The position numbers were made by a program, and so were the translations under genes. A stretch of DNA of 63,920 bases, the filler included, from Dicyema japonicum (lineage: Eukaryota > Animalia > Dicyemida): NCBI GenBank assembly GCA_011109175.1. It is 6 parts of 6 records of this genome, joined end to end, with 100 filler letters (N's around TTAATTAATTAA, not from the genome) between each part and the next. Parts side by side here need not be neighbours in the genome. Positions count along the whole stretch, not along the records: positions 45,959 to 59,537 come from RDEW01000216.1; positions 59,638 to 62,466 come from RDEW01000012.1; positions 62,567 to 63,920 come from RDEW01000082.1; 3 more parts are not named here. The stretch is one strand, 5' to 3'. The notes beneath the pieces were generated by a model. That model saw only the letters and a list, made by a program, of their open reading frames with translations, made no database searches and had not been told where the DNA came from. Every line of letters starts with the position of its first letter. Position 1 is the first letter of the stretch. Below are positions 51,559 to 63,143 of this stretch, one piece after another.

Positions 51559-51569
51559 CTTGTACTAAA

Positions 51570-52480
51570 ACATAAACGGTTCGGTGATCTTCACAAATTT
51601 TCCATTATCCAGGCATTAAGCCTGTCAAGGTTAAGTTGTATTCTTTCTGTGGCCTTCTGGATGTCCTGATCTCGCGAAGCCAACACAATATCATCCGCAT
51701 CTGCAGAGGAAGAAGTCGGTCAATGTTCGCATGTATGTAGACCTGGATCTCTCATTTTTGATTCCATGTTGAAATGGCCTCTCTGGTAAAAATTCTTTTA
51801 TTCTCCTGAGAACAAGCCTCTCCAGGATTTTTGACATGGAACATAGTAGTGACACTGGTCTAAAAGACGCTGGGTCATCCATCTCTCGTCTTCCTGGTTT
51901 CAGTATTTGCCGTATTAGTGCTTGTTTCCATAATAATGGTATCACATTCTGGTTAATCGAATAGTTAAAAACCGACGTAAGGAAAGTGACTCCCCGTCTA
52001 CAAGATTTTTTTAATAAAATAACAGGAATGTTGTCTGGTCCGTGGGAGTATGTCGTTTTTACGGAATGTATTGTATCCCTCACCTATCTCTCTGAAAAGA
52101 AAAGTGGTTCTGATAGTTTCTTTAGTTTCCTGCGTGATGGTAGTGTATCAGACTTCATATGCTTTTTGTGTGAAATTTTAGTATCAAATTTAATCAAGTT
52201 GTTCACATCACTTTTAACATAATCCTCCTCTGTTGAAATTTCATCGCCTTTTGCCACATTTCGAATAGCTTTCCAAACCTCTCCCGTAGTGCGATTTCTA
52301 TTTACCATTGTAAGCACACGATTCCACTTTAAACCTCTGGACCTTAAACTCTTTGGCCATTATTTCATTATTCATGTTCTGATCCGGAGTTTCACATCCA
52401 AGGTTATCCGGTTAGATTTTTTAAGCTTATTTCCTTTCTTTAATCAAGGCCGTTTTCCCTCGACGAATTTAAGTAATGTT
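51570..52480 (-). mobile_element. Internally deleted APE-RT LINE copy
   Basis: HGPDNIPVILLK..WKQALIRQILKPG..SFRPVSLLCSMSKILER..FQHG is fused almost directly to ADDIVLASRDQD, so the central RT motifs are missing. Confidence 0.8.
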
Positions 52481-52796
52481 TGGGTATAGCCCTTGATCTT
52501 GCTTTCAGATTATTTGGGTAAATAGCTGATGGCATTCTCTAGAAAACTGAAGCTATCCAAGTAACAATTCTTCATTTATCTTTTGAGATTTCACGATACA
52601 ATTTCCAGTTAGCACCTTTGTAATTGTAGCTGCTAGGAATTCTTCCTCACGTTGGCCTCTCTTTTGATCTTCACCACAGTTGGATTATGGTCACTTTTTT
52701 TTCGTAGAAGACTAACTCCAATCAATTTTTGATGAATGCGACTATGAACAGAGTGTTACGTCCGGTGAGGTAGGTTTATCTCACGCAACCACTCAC

Positions 52797-53056
52797 ATGA
52801 CTGAATCACTTAGCAAACCACTCACAATTGTCTACGTTCTCTAATTTGGGTCGAATTCACGGAAATTAATACTAAAATTAATTAAGATTTTTTTCATTAT
52901 TCTTATTGATTTGTCTTCAAGCTGGGGTTGAAGGGTGGGTATTAAATTATGTAATACTCAGCATTGGGGGAGTAGATTGTATTGCTACAATTATCGCCGT
53001 AATTAATAATATCTACATTAAGATTCCATTAATTGAAAAATTTGTGAGAAGGGTTT
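52797..53056 (+). pseudogene. Duplicated internal fragment of the adjacent GLUT gene (introns retained)
   Basis: catgact.aatcacttagca.accactcacaattgtctacg...gtaattaataatat.tacattaagattccattaattgaaaaa matches about 54133..54390. Confidence 0.88.
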
Positions 53057-53133
53057 AACTAAAAACTATACCATTCAACTCAGAAAAATCTGAAATATCC
53101 AGGGAACTAATTTTTATTTTGATTGGTTTTAGT

Positions 53134-53176
53134 GGAGTTCCACGTACGGGCGAAGTTCCACGTACGGACGGAGACA
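53134..53176 (-). repeat. Right TIR-like end (ends ACA) with a duplicated GTTCCACGTACGG core
   Basis: ggagttccacgtacgggcgaagttccacgtacggacggagaca, followed by tatat. Confidence 0.75.
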
Positions 53177-53240
53177 TATATTTTCCTAGAACTGATTAGA
53201 ATTTGCTCAAATAATTTCGTATCGTCTCACCTAATTATAA

Positions 53241-54858
53241 ATGGAAACGCTGAGATTAGTATCTATGAAATATTATGCTGCAGTATCTATTGCCGCATTT
53301 GGGGCCTCAATATGTGGACATGTAGATTGTCTATTTGGGGGCATAGAACAAGTAGTTTTGACTTATCATAGTATGCCGAACAAATAATAAAAATATAATA
53401 AAATAGATATGGATATGTGTTTTTTCAGGAGTGGAGAATATCGGAAAATTATTTCTCTTGTTTGGGCGGGAATTCTCAGCATATATTTAATTGGAGCAAT
53501 TATTGGGGCTTTCATGGCACCATTTATCGCTGATAGAGTTGGAAGGAAAATGGGACTTATTTATAATGTGGCCTTTGTCATCATTGGATCACTTTTTGGG
53601 ATACTAAGTAGACCACTAAATTCTTTCGAGCTTTTGTTTGCTTCTCGCTATTTTTCAGGTTTGAGTGTGGGTAAGGAAGTATTGCTTAGTTTTGTAGGAA
53701 TTTTTTCTCCCCATTGTAACAATGTACATGAGCGAAATATCACCAAAAGAGATCCGTGGGGCAGTAATTTGCATTCCAACAGTTCGCCATTACACTTGGT
53801 GTATTAACAACTGATGTATTATATATTTTCCCAATTTTCGGTATTCTTCATTTAAATTTAAGGAAATAAAATACATTGGTACATTTCATTTGCAATCCCG
53901 GCAATGATTTCAGTGGTATTTACATCAGCGTTTATCTTCTTTCCTGACAGCCCTCGTCATATTTTGTTCAAAAAAAATGATGAAATCCAAGCTATGGAGG
54001 GTAACTGGAATTATCCAATTTAGCGATGATTCAGTTCAGGAAATCTAAAGAATTAGTGAGCAAGAGATTCTCAGAAATGAAGGATGAACAAAGAAAAACA
54101 TCAATGACTGAAATTTCCTGGAAAAAACTGTTCATGACTAAATCACTTAGCAGACCACTCACAATTGTCTACGTTTCTCTAATTTTGGTCGAATTCACGG
54201 GAATTAATAATGTAATATTACTATTAATTTTTTGTCATTATTCGTATTTATTCATCTTAAAGCTGGGGTTGAAGGATGGGTATTAAATTATATACTACTC
54301 AGCATTGGGGTAGTAAATTGTATTGCTACAATTGTCGCCGTAATTAATAATATTTACATTAAGATTCCATTAATTGAAAAATGTGGGAGAAGGGGTCTAC
54401 TATTATGGCCAACCCTAATAATTTTCTCGGGTTTAATTATGGAAATCATATCTCTGGTGCATAGTTTTTCAGTTATGTCTATTATATCAATGTACATCTT
54501 TAATATAGCATTTGCTGTTTCATATGTAATTGTCCCTCAGGCCATTATGGTTGAGTACTTTACACAAAATTCCAGGAGTAAGGCTGCTTCTGGTGGAGTT
54601 CTCATTGGAAATTTTGCCAAATTTGTTATTTTTTGGATATTTAGATCAGCCAATAGAAATGTAATATATTTTATAATTTCTGCAGAATTTTGTAATTATT
54701 ATATTCTTATGGTTATCCCAGGAGTATTCATTGGAGCATTCATATTTCTCTACGTCTTCATGCCAGAAACTAAAAACAAGACTTATATTGAAAATTCGAT
54801 TGCTTTGAGTAATTGGAATACATCCATTCGACACACAGAAACTTACAAAAAACGATAA
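53241..54858 (+). CDS. SLC2A: Facilitated glucose transporter (GLUT/SLC2A, MFS); apparent frameshifts, so pseudogene or assembly error
   Basis: SIYLIGAIIG..ADRVGRK, ELLFASRY, MYMSEISPKEIRG, FPDSPRH, EFTGINN, IEKCGRRGLLL and FMPETKNKT motifs. Tiny introns (e.g. 54340..54363). In-frame stops at 53396..53401; one-base indels near 53710, 53778 and 54260, mostly in homopolymers. Confidence 0.85.
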
Positions 54859-54929
54859 TTACTAATAAAATTTCTTTTCCTCGTAAAAACATTTTAACTA
54901 CCATTTTTTTACCCCAAGATCACCGGATT

Positions 54930-57450
54930 AGAAAAAGTTAAAAGTTAACTACTAACTAAGTGATCCGGTTTTCCGGGTTCTGGCTCTCGTTCGGGGTCCT
55001 CGAAGATCCAACAGAATTGGTAGAAACGGGGACGGTCTCATTCTCCATAGATTTCCCGCATTTTCTAGATAGTCAGATATAGAGAGTGAAAGCGGACAGC
55101 CGGTTTTTATTGCCCACTGTAGAAATGACTTCACTCTCCACCTTAGGTGTTCTTTAACATTCAATACGTTATCCACAGTTTTCTTATTTATTATTTTCAA
55201 GGCAGCAAGTTGTGCGGCTTCTAATTTTTGAGACGACGATTCAGAAATCATCGAGCTCCAGGAGGGACATGCATATTCGATTACTGGCAGTATGTATTGT
55301 CTGTAAATTTTCTGTAGTAAGAAGGTGTTGTGCCCGATTGGTGATCGGGACAAAATTTTCAATATGTTGGTCCTCCTCCTGACTTTGGTAATAACGTCAT
55401 TGACATGTTGGCCGAATGTCAGGAGAGTATCCAACTTTAATCCTAGTATTGTTGGAGACTTATTCATAGGAATTTCATATCCAAACAATTTGATTTTGGG
55501 AGAGTATAATGATCTTCTATATGTAGAGAAAATTGTTATAAACGACTTTCCTGTAGAAACTTCCAGTCGATTTGATGTGAGCCAATGTTCCAACATACCA
55601 ATATAACTTTGAAGTTTCATCCCTGCCTTCTCATAGTTAGAGTCTCTCGTGAAAGAACAATGTCATCTGCGTATGAGAGTATTAATGTATCGGGATCGTC
55701 ATTGGTGGGAAGGTCATTGGTGTACAGGTTGAAGAGCAGGGGAGAGAGAGGTGAACCTTGAGGGACACCATTCGGCAATAAACGGGATTTAGATTTTCTG
55801 TTGTCTGACATCACTTGTCCTCTTCTTCCACTTAAAAAGTTCGACAGCCATCTTTTAATGTTTGGATTTATAAGAGTGTTAGAAATTTTCTCTATAAGCA
55901 GCGTCCGGGAAACGGAGTCGAATGCTTTCTTCAAGTCTATTGAAGCCATTATGGTCCTTTTATGTGGTTTTGGATAAGAGAATCCATCAGAAAAATATTG
56001 AGTTAATTTTGTCACTGAGTCGTAGTAGAATGATTTTCACGGAATCCATGCTGGAATACTCGATTTGGTACAATATTTTTGATTCGTGTTAAGATTAATT
56101 TTTCTAAAATTCGGGACATTGCACATAGTATTGCAATTGGACGATAAGAAGAGGGATCGTTTGCAGGTTTGTTTGGCTTCCAAATTGGCAGAATTATGGA
56201 TTTCTTCCATATAGAAGGTATCATATTATTATTCACAGATATAGTATAAACGAGGATAGGAATTTGGTTGCTTTTTCACCAAGGTGTTTCAGTTCCATCG
56301 TCGAGACATTGTCAGCACCTCGGGAACGGGAGTTTTTGGCATCCATAATTGCGTTTCGAACTTCTTGTGGAGTAAAGACAATCAAATAATATGATGGATA
56401 CAACTTCTTCTTGTAGACTCTGTATTCCCTCGAGAAATTTTTATGGCTGATCGCGACATAGTGCTTCATTAAAATATTTGGGTCGATGTTGCTATATCCC
56501 TGTCCGTGGAGGACTTTCTCAGAGCCTTCATTGCAACGTCTCAAATATTTAATTTTCCTCCATATCAGCGTCTCGGATGTATTTGACGATAGAGAATCAA
56601 TAAGTGATGTCCATCGCTTTTTTTTGGACAGGATGTAGTAGGGGGAATATATACATTGACAATATTTATAGTTTTCCTAGGAATTCTAACATTTATGCCA
56701 ATTAGTTCCAAAGGGTCATTTTCTGGATAGAGTTTTCTGATTTTGTTTGAAACATCTTCATATTGAATTCCATTTCTTATTAGTGTCATTAGTCCTCCAC
56801 CAAGCTTAAACCTTCTGTCTTTACGGATAATGGAGTACCCGGGAAAGGTTGGGGTTTGTATGTTTGGTTGTAGTTTTGTCTCTTGGACTAGAGCAATGTC
56901 AACTTCATTACTATTGAGTAAGTGGCGGACTTCCAGCACCTTGTTTCGTATTCCGTTGATATTGATCTGGACCAGGTTGATTTCAGGGCCTGGGTTGGAT
57001 TCGACGTCACCACACAAAATTAGAGCGTGCCTGGAAAACCATCCTTTTTCATAGAAAGGGATAGGGAAAGTGTAGTTCTTTTCAACATCATGTGATGCAC
57101 AACACCATTATACAAGTGAACCACGCGGCATTTACTACCATTTAGAGCTTTCGACAGATGATCCTTCACTTTCTTCAATTTTCGCCCGAATCTTACGTGC
57201 ATCCGACGCTGTTCAAAAACTTGAGTTTCAGATTTCTCATGAATCCGTCACCTCATCCATACTCACGAAAAGCAAAACAAGGCCCTTATCAATCATGAAA
57301 CTAAGTTGACATTTTTTTCTTACGTCTCATTTCAACCTTCCGAACAATTAACCACTTAAAAGTAGTGTCGTCTTCTCTCTTCTGCAATCACGTAGAACCG
57401 CAATATCACTCGAATTAACATTAACGGAATTCAGACAAAAATCACCGCAC
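54930..57450 (-). mobile_element. Single-ORF APE-RT LINE (Ingi/Vingi-like) with an N-terminal 2A motif, internally deleted
   Basis: CGDVESNPGP-EINLVQININGIRNK..ALVQETKL (APE), SYRPIAIL, SIDLKKAFDSV, NGVPQGSPLSP, SYADDIV, SPTILGLKLD, YACPSW. No RNase H or ORF1 seen; the APE C-terminal part is deleted. Confidence 0.88.
56985..57041 (-). other. 2A-like (StopGo) ribosome-skipping motif WFSRHALILCGDVESNPG/P
   Basis: Exact D-V-E-x-N-P-G-P consensus in frame with and directly upstream of the APE domain. Confidence 0.9.
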
Positions 57451-57807
57451 TACGTTGCACTCTTTCCACAATTCTGTGGATATAGCTTTTTCAAAAAACT
57501 AAACTCAATTCTAGGCACCCAATTTGTACTTTCCCTGATACACTACGATTTCTGCTAAAATATGAAAAGAATGAAGGCCCCGGTACCCTACTCAAGAATC
57601 ACACCTTAATCAATCAACATCGGATAACTTATCAGCCATCTTCCAACTCAAAAAAATCAAGAACAATGGGCTCACGATCATGAGTGGTAACTTCTTTTGA
57701 GTGCTCATTAATGGAGACCTAGTCGTGAAAATTGATTTTTAATTAATTAATTTTCTTTATTAATAATTATAATTAATAATTTAAAATAATAATTGGTAAC
57801 ACTATTA

Positions 57808-58219
57808 TTATTCATACTTATCAAGATTCTCTTTGCTGAAGAATTCTAAAATTAAAAAAAACTTTGGTTTACCCTTTGCATGCTGTAGGGGATCTTCAGG
57901 TTGAGTTAGAAATGATTCCCTGTTAAATTTCAATTTATCAATTACTGTAAGAATTCACTCAGAATTTTATAAAGCATCGGGTTTGATCTGAGATAGTGTT
58001 CGTTATCAGCACGAAGTTTAATCTAAAGTGGATAAAAATTGCCACTTTATGAATGTTAAGTTCCCTCTGTTGATGTTCGTTCAGTGCTCCGATATCTGTT
58101 TGGGTGGCTAAATAATAGTCCTCCATAGACTCTGGGGGATTGTGCAATGGTTTCTTATTCAGATTATCGCCATCTATCAAATAGTCATTTTTCCATTTAT
58201 AAGTCGCTTCGTTTGTCAT
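57808..58219 (-). CDS. RIIAD1: RIIa domain-containing protein 1 homolog
   Basis: HQQRELNIHK|IKLRADNEHYLRSNPMLYKILSEFLQ|ESFLTQPEDPLQHAK|EFFSKENLDKYE*. GT-AG introns at 58023..58045, 57920..57945 and 57846..57872. Confidence 0.82.
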
Positions 58220-58321
58220 TTTATTACTATGGTTTTATTTTATTATTTTTAATCAAATTAAAGTAATAATATTAAATTTAATGTTTGAACAAAATATAAT
58301 TTCGCACATACTGGAGGGGGT

Positions 58322-59537
58322 TTGTTTCAGTACAAATCACTTCTTTTTATCGATAACCTGAAGATGCATGCTCGAACATCCGAGGATCTCTGTTCCACGG
58401 GGGTCTGTGCCAGGGAATTCTTTGAGATTATAGGACTAGATTTGAATTATTCAAAGTCTGCGACTAACACGCAATTATGTAGCCAGTTAGTAAGAATCCT
58501 CGAGGAACACGAAGGATATAAGTATCTGGGTGTTACCGAAACTCCAAAGTCTCTTATAATGTTTGAGACGAAGCGACAAATTACTAAAAGCATTAGCTAA
58601 AGAGCTGCGTTATTATGTAAGACGTCTCTAAATGCAAGGAATTTGTACCTAGCATTGAATGAGTATGCTGTCTCGCTGCTAAACTACTACATAGGTGTTG
58701 TGGAATTTGAGCCCAAAGAGTATGATGAGATGGATGTTATGATCCGTGGAGTGCTCAGAGAGAACCATGTTCATGTGCTGGCAGCCAATAAGGAAATATT
58801 ATTTTTACCCCGTGATAAATTCTGCCGTGGACTGTGTGGAGTAGTCCAACTAAGTGAGCGTATCCTTATGCGAATGCACGACACCCTGATAGCTAGGTCA
58901 AGTGTGTCTGTTAGGAAGCACGCCATAATAACGACCGAAAAAACACGGGCAATCCACCTAGGCACTATCAGACCTTTTTTGTCTTCTAAGTATGGCGTTG
59001 AGGATAATGGGCTAGTAAATGTGAAGGCGTTGATCGAATTACAATATAATAATTTGATGGAAAAGATCAACTTAAAAAGCCTTCACAAGGTCCTCTTCAG
59101 AGCATTAGATAATCCACATGTCGACCTTAAGTTGTCGACAATATGGCTAAAATACGGTGACAACTCACCTCGATCGGAGGCGGTGTACACGTATATTCAA
59201 GACTACAATATTTTTTGGGGTCAATCAACAAATACATGTCCCCACTGTAAGTCACGGAGCATGTCGGTTGATCATTTAGCCACTCGGTGCGGATCCATGC
59301 TCTGCCACGACTATGTGTGGAGGCATAACGAAGTAGTAAGGAGTCTTCATCTTCTACTATGCAATAAGTATGATATTCGCCACACCAGAAAGTTGCGGAC
59401 TCATAAGGTGCAATCTGTAGTAGAGAAAACCAGGGTCCAAATTAAGGTAAACAGTGTTATCTGTACCTCGGTGGTATTCAAGCACAATAAACCGGACATT
59501 GTAGTACATGATAAGGATTCTGGCAAGTCCTTATCAT
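58322..59537 (+). mobile_element. R4/Dong-like RLE retrotransposon (5'-truncated, cut by gap)
   Basis: LLFIDNLKM, YKYLGV, LFLPRDKFCRGL, CPHC..VDHLATRC, RHNEVVR, NKPDIVVHD. Confidence 0.9.
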
Positions 59538-59636
59538 NNNNNNNNNNNNNNNNNNNNNNNNNNNNNNNNNNNNNNNNNNNNTTAATTAATTAANNNNNNN
59601 NNNNNNNNNNNNNNNNNNNNNNNNNNNNNNNNNNNN

Positions 59637-59740
59637 NGAAGCGGTCTGGCTGAGGCAACAAATTGGCATCGCAGTTATCCGCGGAAACGCTTACTTCGTA
59701 ATGTCAGCATTCGCTTTCCCCCATAGTTAATAAATAATAT
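59637..59740 (+). mobile_element. CRE-clade 3' end
   Basis: WLRQQIGIAVIRGNAYFV matches WLIERISLQIVRGNALSI of the 49-51 kb element. Confidence 0.7.
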
Positions 59741-60374
59741 TTTATAGTTAATAAATTTTAGTTTAAAAAAAATTTAAAAAAACATATAAATTTTTTACAC
59801 TATTGACAAAAATCGCCTTAATGATTATCATAAGTGCTTGTGTGGGTGGGGTCGAGGAAGGAGCATCGTGTCAAGTTGAGGCTCCATCATGGCCGTTAAC
59901 ATCCGTCAATTGTAGTCAAGTCTTTGTTAACCACCAGTTTCCTTCACTTGAAGACACTGGGGGTAAATAATTAAATATTAAGTGGCTTAGAATACTTTCA
60001 ACCGCTAACAGAAAATGTGTAACGTTCTCAAAATGCGTCAAAGAGTTCGGTGTGTAGACTAGACGAAATTCAAGTAGTCTTTTATCTCCCCCACTTCAAC
60101 TGGATTATTCCTTAGAATATATTTTCTGTCATCAGTAGAAAGCCAATTATAGCAGATTCACATCACACTTTTCCTTTATATTTTACTATTAGTCCAAGGA
60201 TGCGGTATCACTGAGATGCTTGGAATTTTTAGCCGACATGGACAGCATCCGAAGCGGGAAATATTGGAATTCAAAATTTTCAGTCGAAATGAAGGAAATC
60301 TCTTTGAACCTGTACTTTACATAGAAAAACTTTTTTCGAAATATTTTAGTGTTTAAGTCACGTCAAATAGAGTA

Positions 60375-60430
60375 CAGTGAGGAATCGAACCCACGACACG
60401 CCTCTATAGCACGTGCACTTGACTATAGAA
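60375..60430 (-). mobile_element. tRNA-like/SINE head remnant
   Basis: Minus strand gtcgtgggttcgattcctcac is a B box and T-arm; no convincing acceptor or D arm. Confidence 0.45.
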
Positions 60431-60504
60431 AGAATAAAGTCGAATGGGCTTTAGTAGTTTCGTAACTTCTAAGTCAAGAATCGCATAAGTAGTTCGAGGC
60501 GGCA

Positions 60505-61980
60505 GACTATATAAATCATCGGACCCATCATGATTACAAGACTATCTATGGAGACAGAGACTTATTACGGACTAATTTAAAAGCGTGATGTAGTCGATTA
60601 CTAAGCGTGCAGTTAAATTCACTGACAGATTACTATTCAGCCAAAAAACTTTGTTCTATTCACCACCAAGTGATGTGCTTTACGCTAAGAAGTTCGGGAG
60701 AAGGTCAGCTTTTCCTGTCATAACCGGGGNTGTTCTCTCCACCACTTCAACTGGATTATTCCTTAGAATACATTTTCTGTCATCAGTAAAAAGCCAATCA
60801 TAACAGATTCACATCACACTTTTCCTTCATATATTCTACTATTAGTCCAAGGATGCGGTGTCACTGAGATGTTTGGAACCTTTAGCCGACATGGACAGCA
60901 TCCGAAGCGAAAAATATTGGAATTCAAATTTTTAAGTCGAAATGAAAGAAATCTCTCTGAACCTATACTTTACATGGTCGAAAAAAATCACAAATCCTCC
61001 GGAATTGCTTCCTGCGGATACTTAGATCCTATAACCGCTTTAAAATATCTCCAACTTCGTTCTTTGTCACATTATAGTACAGCATTTTCAAAATACTAAA
61101 AAATCTGTTCCTGCCCATGTGGGATTTGTTGTGTTCAGACTAAAAACTTAAAGATTGTATATACCTCAATAGTTGATTGTTTTAGCTCTAGCTCGTCGTT
61201 TGCAAAAATCGTAATTTATAATTTGTTTCCTACAATGAGCGTAACCCATTCTCTAATTTTATTTATTTATTTTTTTTAAACAAAAAATTTTTTAACAATT
61301 AAACAAATGTCAGTNGAGGAAGCCTGCTGCGTGGATTGCGAACGAGTTCCCTCGGAGTATGGCTATTCCAATCTTTTGTCTTAGCCATAACCCTTCTCGT
61401 TGATCCCTTTTCTTTCTGACAAGCAATCCTCCGATTTTATTTTTTTCAAAAAAAAACTCAAAAAAGTGATTATTTAAAAAAAATATTTGTAATTTTTAAC
61501 CAATAAAGAATAAAAATATATAATTATTTTTTTAAATGATTAAAATCATTGACCAAAAAAACTCAAAAAAGTGATTATTTAAAAAAAATATTTGTAATTT
61601 TTAACCAATAAAGAATAAAAATATATAATTATTTTTTTAAATGATTAAAATCATTGACCACGTGTAGGCCGATACCACGTACGGGCAGTGACATAATATA
61701 AGACTCGATTATTTATCCGTCTTTATCTTTCATATTACAATGAGCTCCTCGATGATCATTAAGAACTACTGATTAACAGACCCATCTTGGTTACAAGACT
61801 ATCTATAAAGACAGAGACTTATTACGGACTAATTTAAACACGTGTTATAGTCTATTACTAAACGTGCAGTTAAATTCACTGACAGGTTACTATTCAGCTA
61901 AAAACTTTGTTCTATTCACCACCAAGTGATATGCTTCACGTTAAGTTCGGGAGAAAATCAGCTGCTCCTGTCATAACCGG
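60505..61980. repeat. Dispersed repeat of about 220 bp at 60505..60729 and 61770..61980; also 60070..60330 duplicated at 60731..60980
   Basis: gacccatc..ttacaagactatcta..gacagagacttattacggactaattt..ttgttctattcaccaccaagtgat..cctgtcataaccgg is seen twice. Confidence 0.85.
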
Positions 61981-63143
61981 AGGATTTAAAAATCCGTATC
62001 CCAATGGAAGCATGTGAAATAGTTCTTGAGAACTTAATACCTCTCCTGTAAGGTCACGATTACAGAAGACATAGCCTAAAAGACATAATTAACAAGAGGG
62101 AGTCAAAAGAGTCAAGGGAATAATGAAGAATATGGTACAGGAACGAGGTTCAAAGATATCTGAACAAATGTCTAAGAGGGAACATGCAATTAATTGCAGA
62201 AGTCATAGCAAAGTGGATGTTTAGCATCATCTCCAGTTTCGCTAAAATGAATGAAACTGGCGTCCAAGTCAATTCCAGAGATCTTGCACGACCAGAAACA
62301 GTCCTGCTGTTCCAGAGCAAGTAGAAGGATTCTTTTATCCCATCCAGATATGATTGATTCTCACAGTAAACCGACAAACTATGACGTTCTGAAGAGCAAT
62401 AATTCTAAGTGTACACATGGACTCGACCCATAAATCGATATTTTTTTCGGCACCGCCAAAAACACANNNNNNNNNNNNNNNNNNNNNNNNNNNNNNNNNN
62501 NNNNNNNNNNTTAATTAATTAANNNNNNNNNNNNNNNNNNNNNNNNNNNNNNNNNNNNNNNNNNNNAAGCTAAAAATGAATTTTAATTTTAGTTGAAAAC
62601 ACAACATGACAAACCATGTAAAATTGTAATTTAAATTTTTTATTATGAATAATTAATTAATCAAAATTAAATTAAATTTTTAAAAATACAGCCGGACGAA
62701 GAAATGGGTTGGTGGTCTTTTTTTACTGAAATCATCACGATCTCATTTGAACAACAAATTGAAAAATTATCTCTGTGAACATCCACCAGATTCTTGCCTG
62801 AAAGATATTAGGAGTGTACTGCAAACGCCCTAGTGAGGAATAGCCATCTCTATGGTAGCTATATCCTTCGATAACTTAAATAAAGTACATATCAGCCTTA
62901 TTTTTTTTACAGTGACTGAAATCATGCTTCTATTTTTACCCTTATAAATTCAAAACTTCAGATCCTGCTCATAAGTCAGTAATTTTCTAGAATGTAATAT
63001 CCCACGCTTGTTGCACTGAATTAGAAGGATACTTCGAACTAGGACAGTGTGTCTTTCTGTTATGTATACTTCCACCGTTTTCTATTTTGAATGCNATGAG
63101 GACCCCTTCTTGATTCACCATATAAAACCGTGATCCTTTACAT

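Noticed and set aside
62690-62860. ARIWWMFTEII on the minus strand resembles the iGluR M3 region
   Set aside because: The SYTANLAA motif is absent and the frame is closed by stops on both sides.
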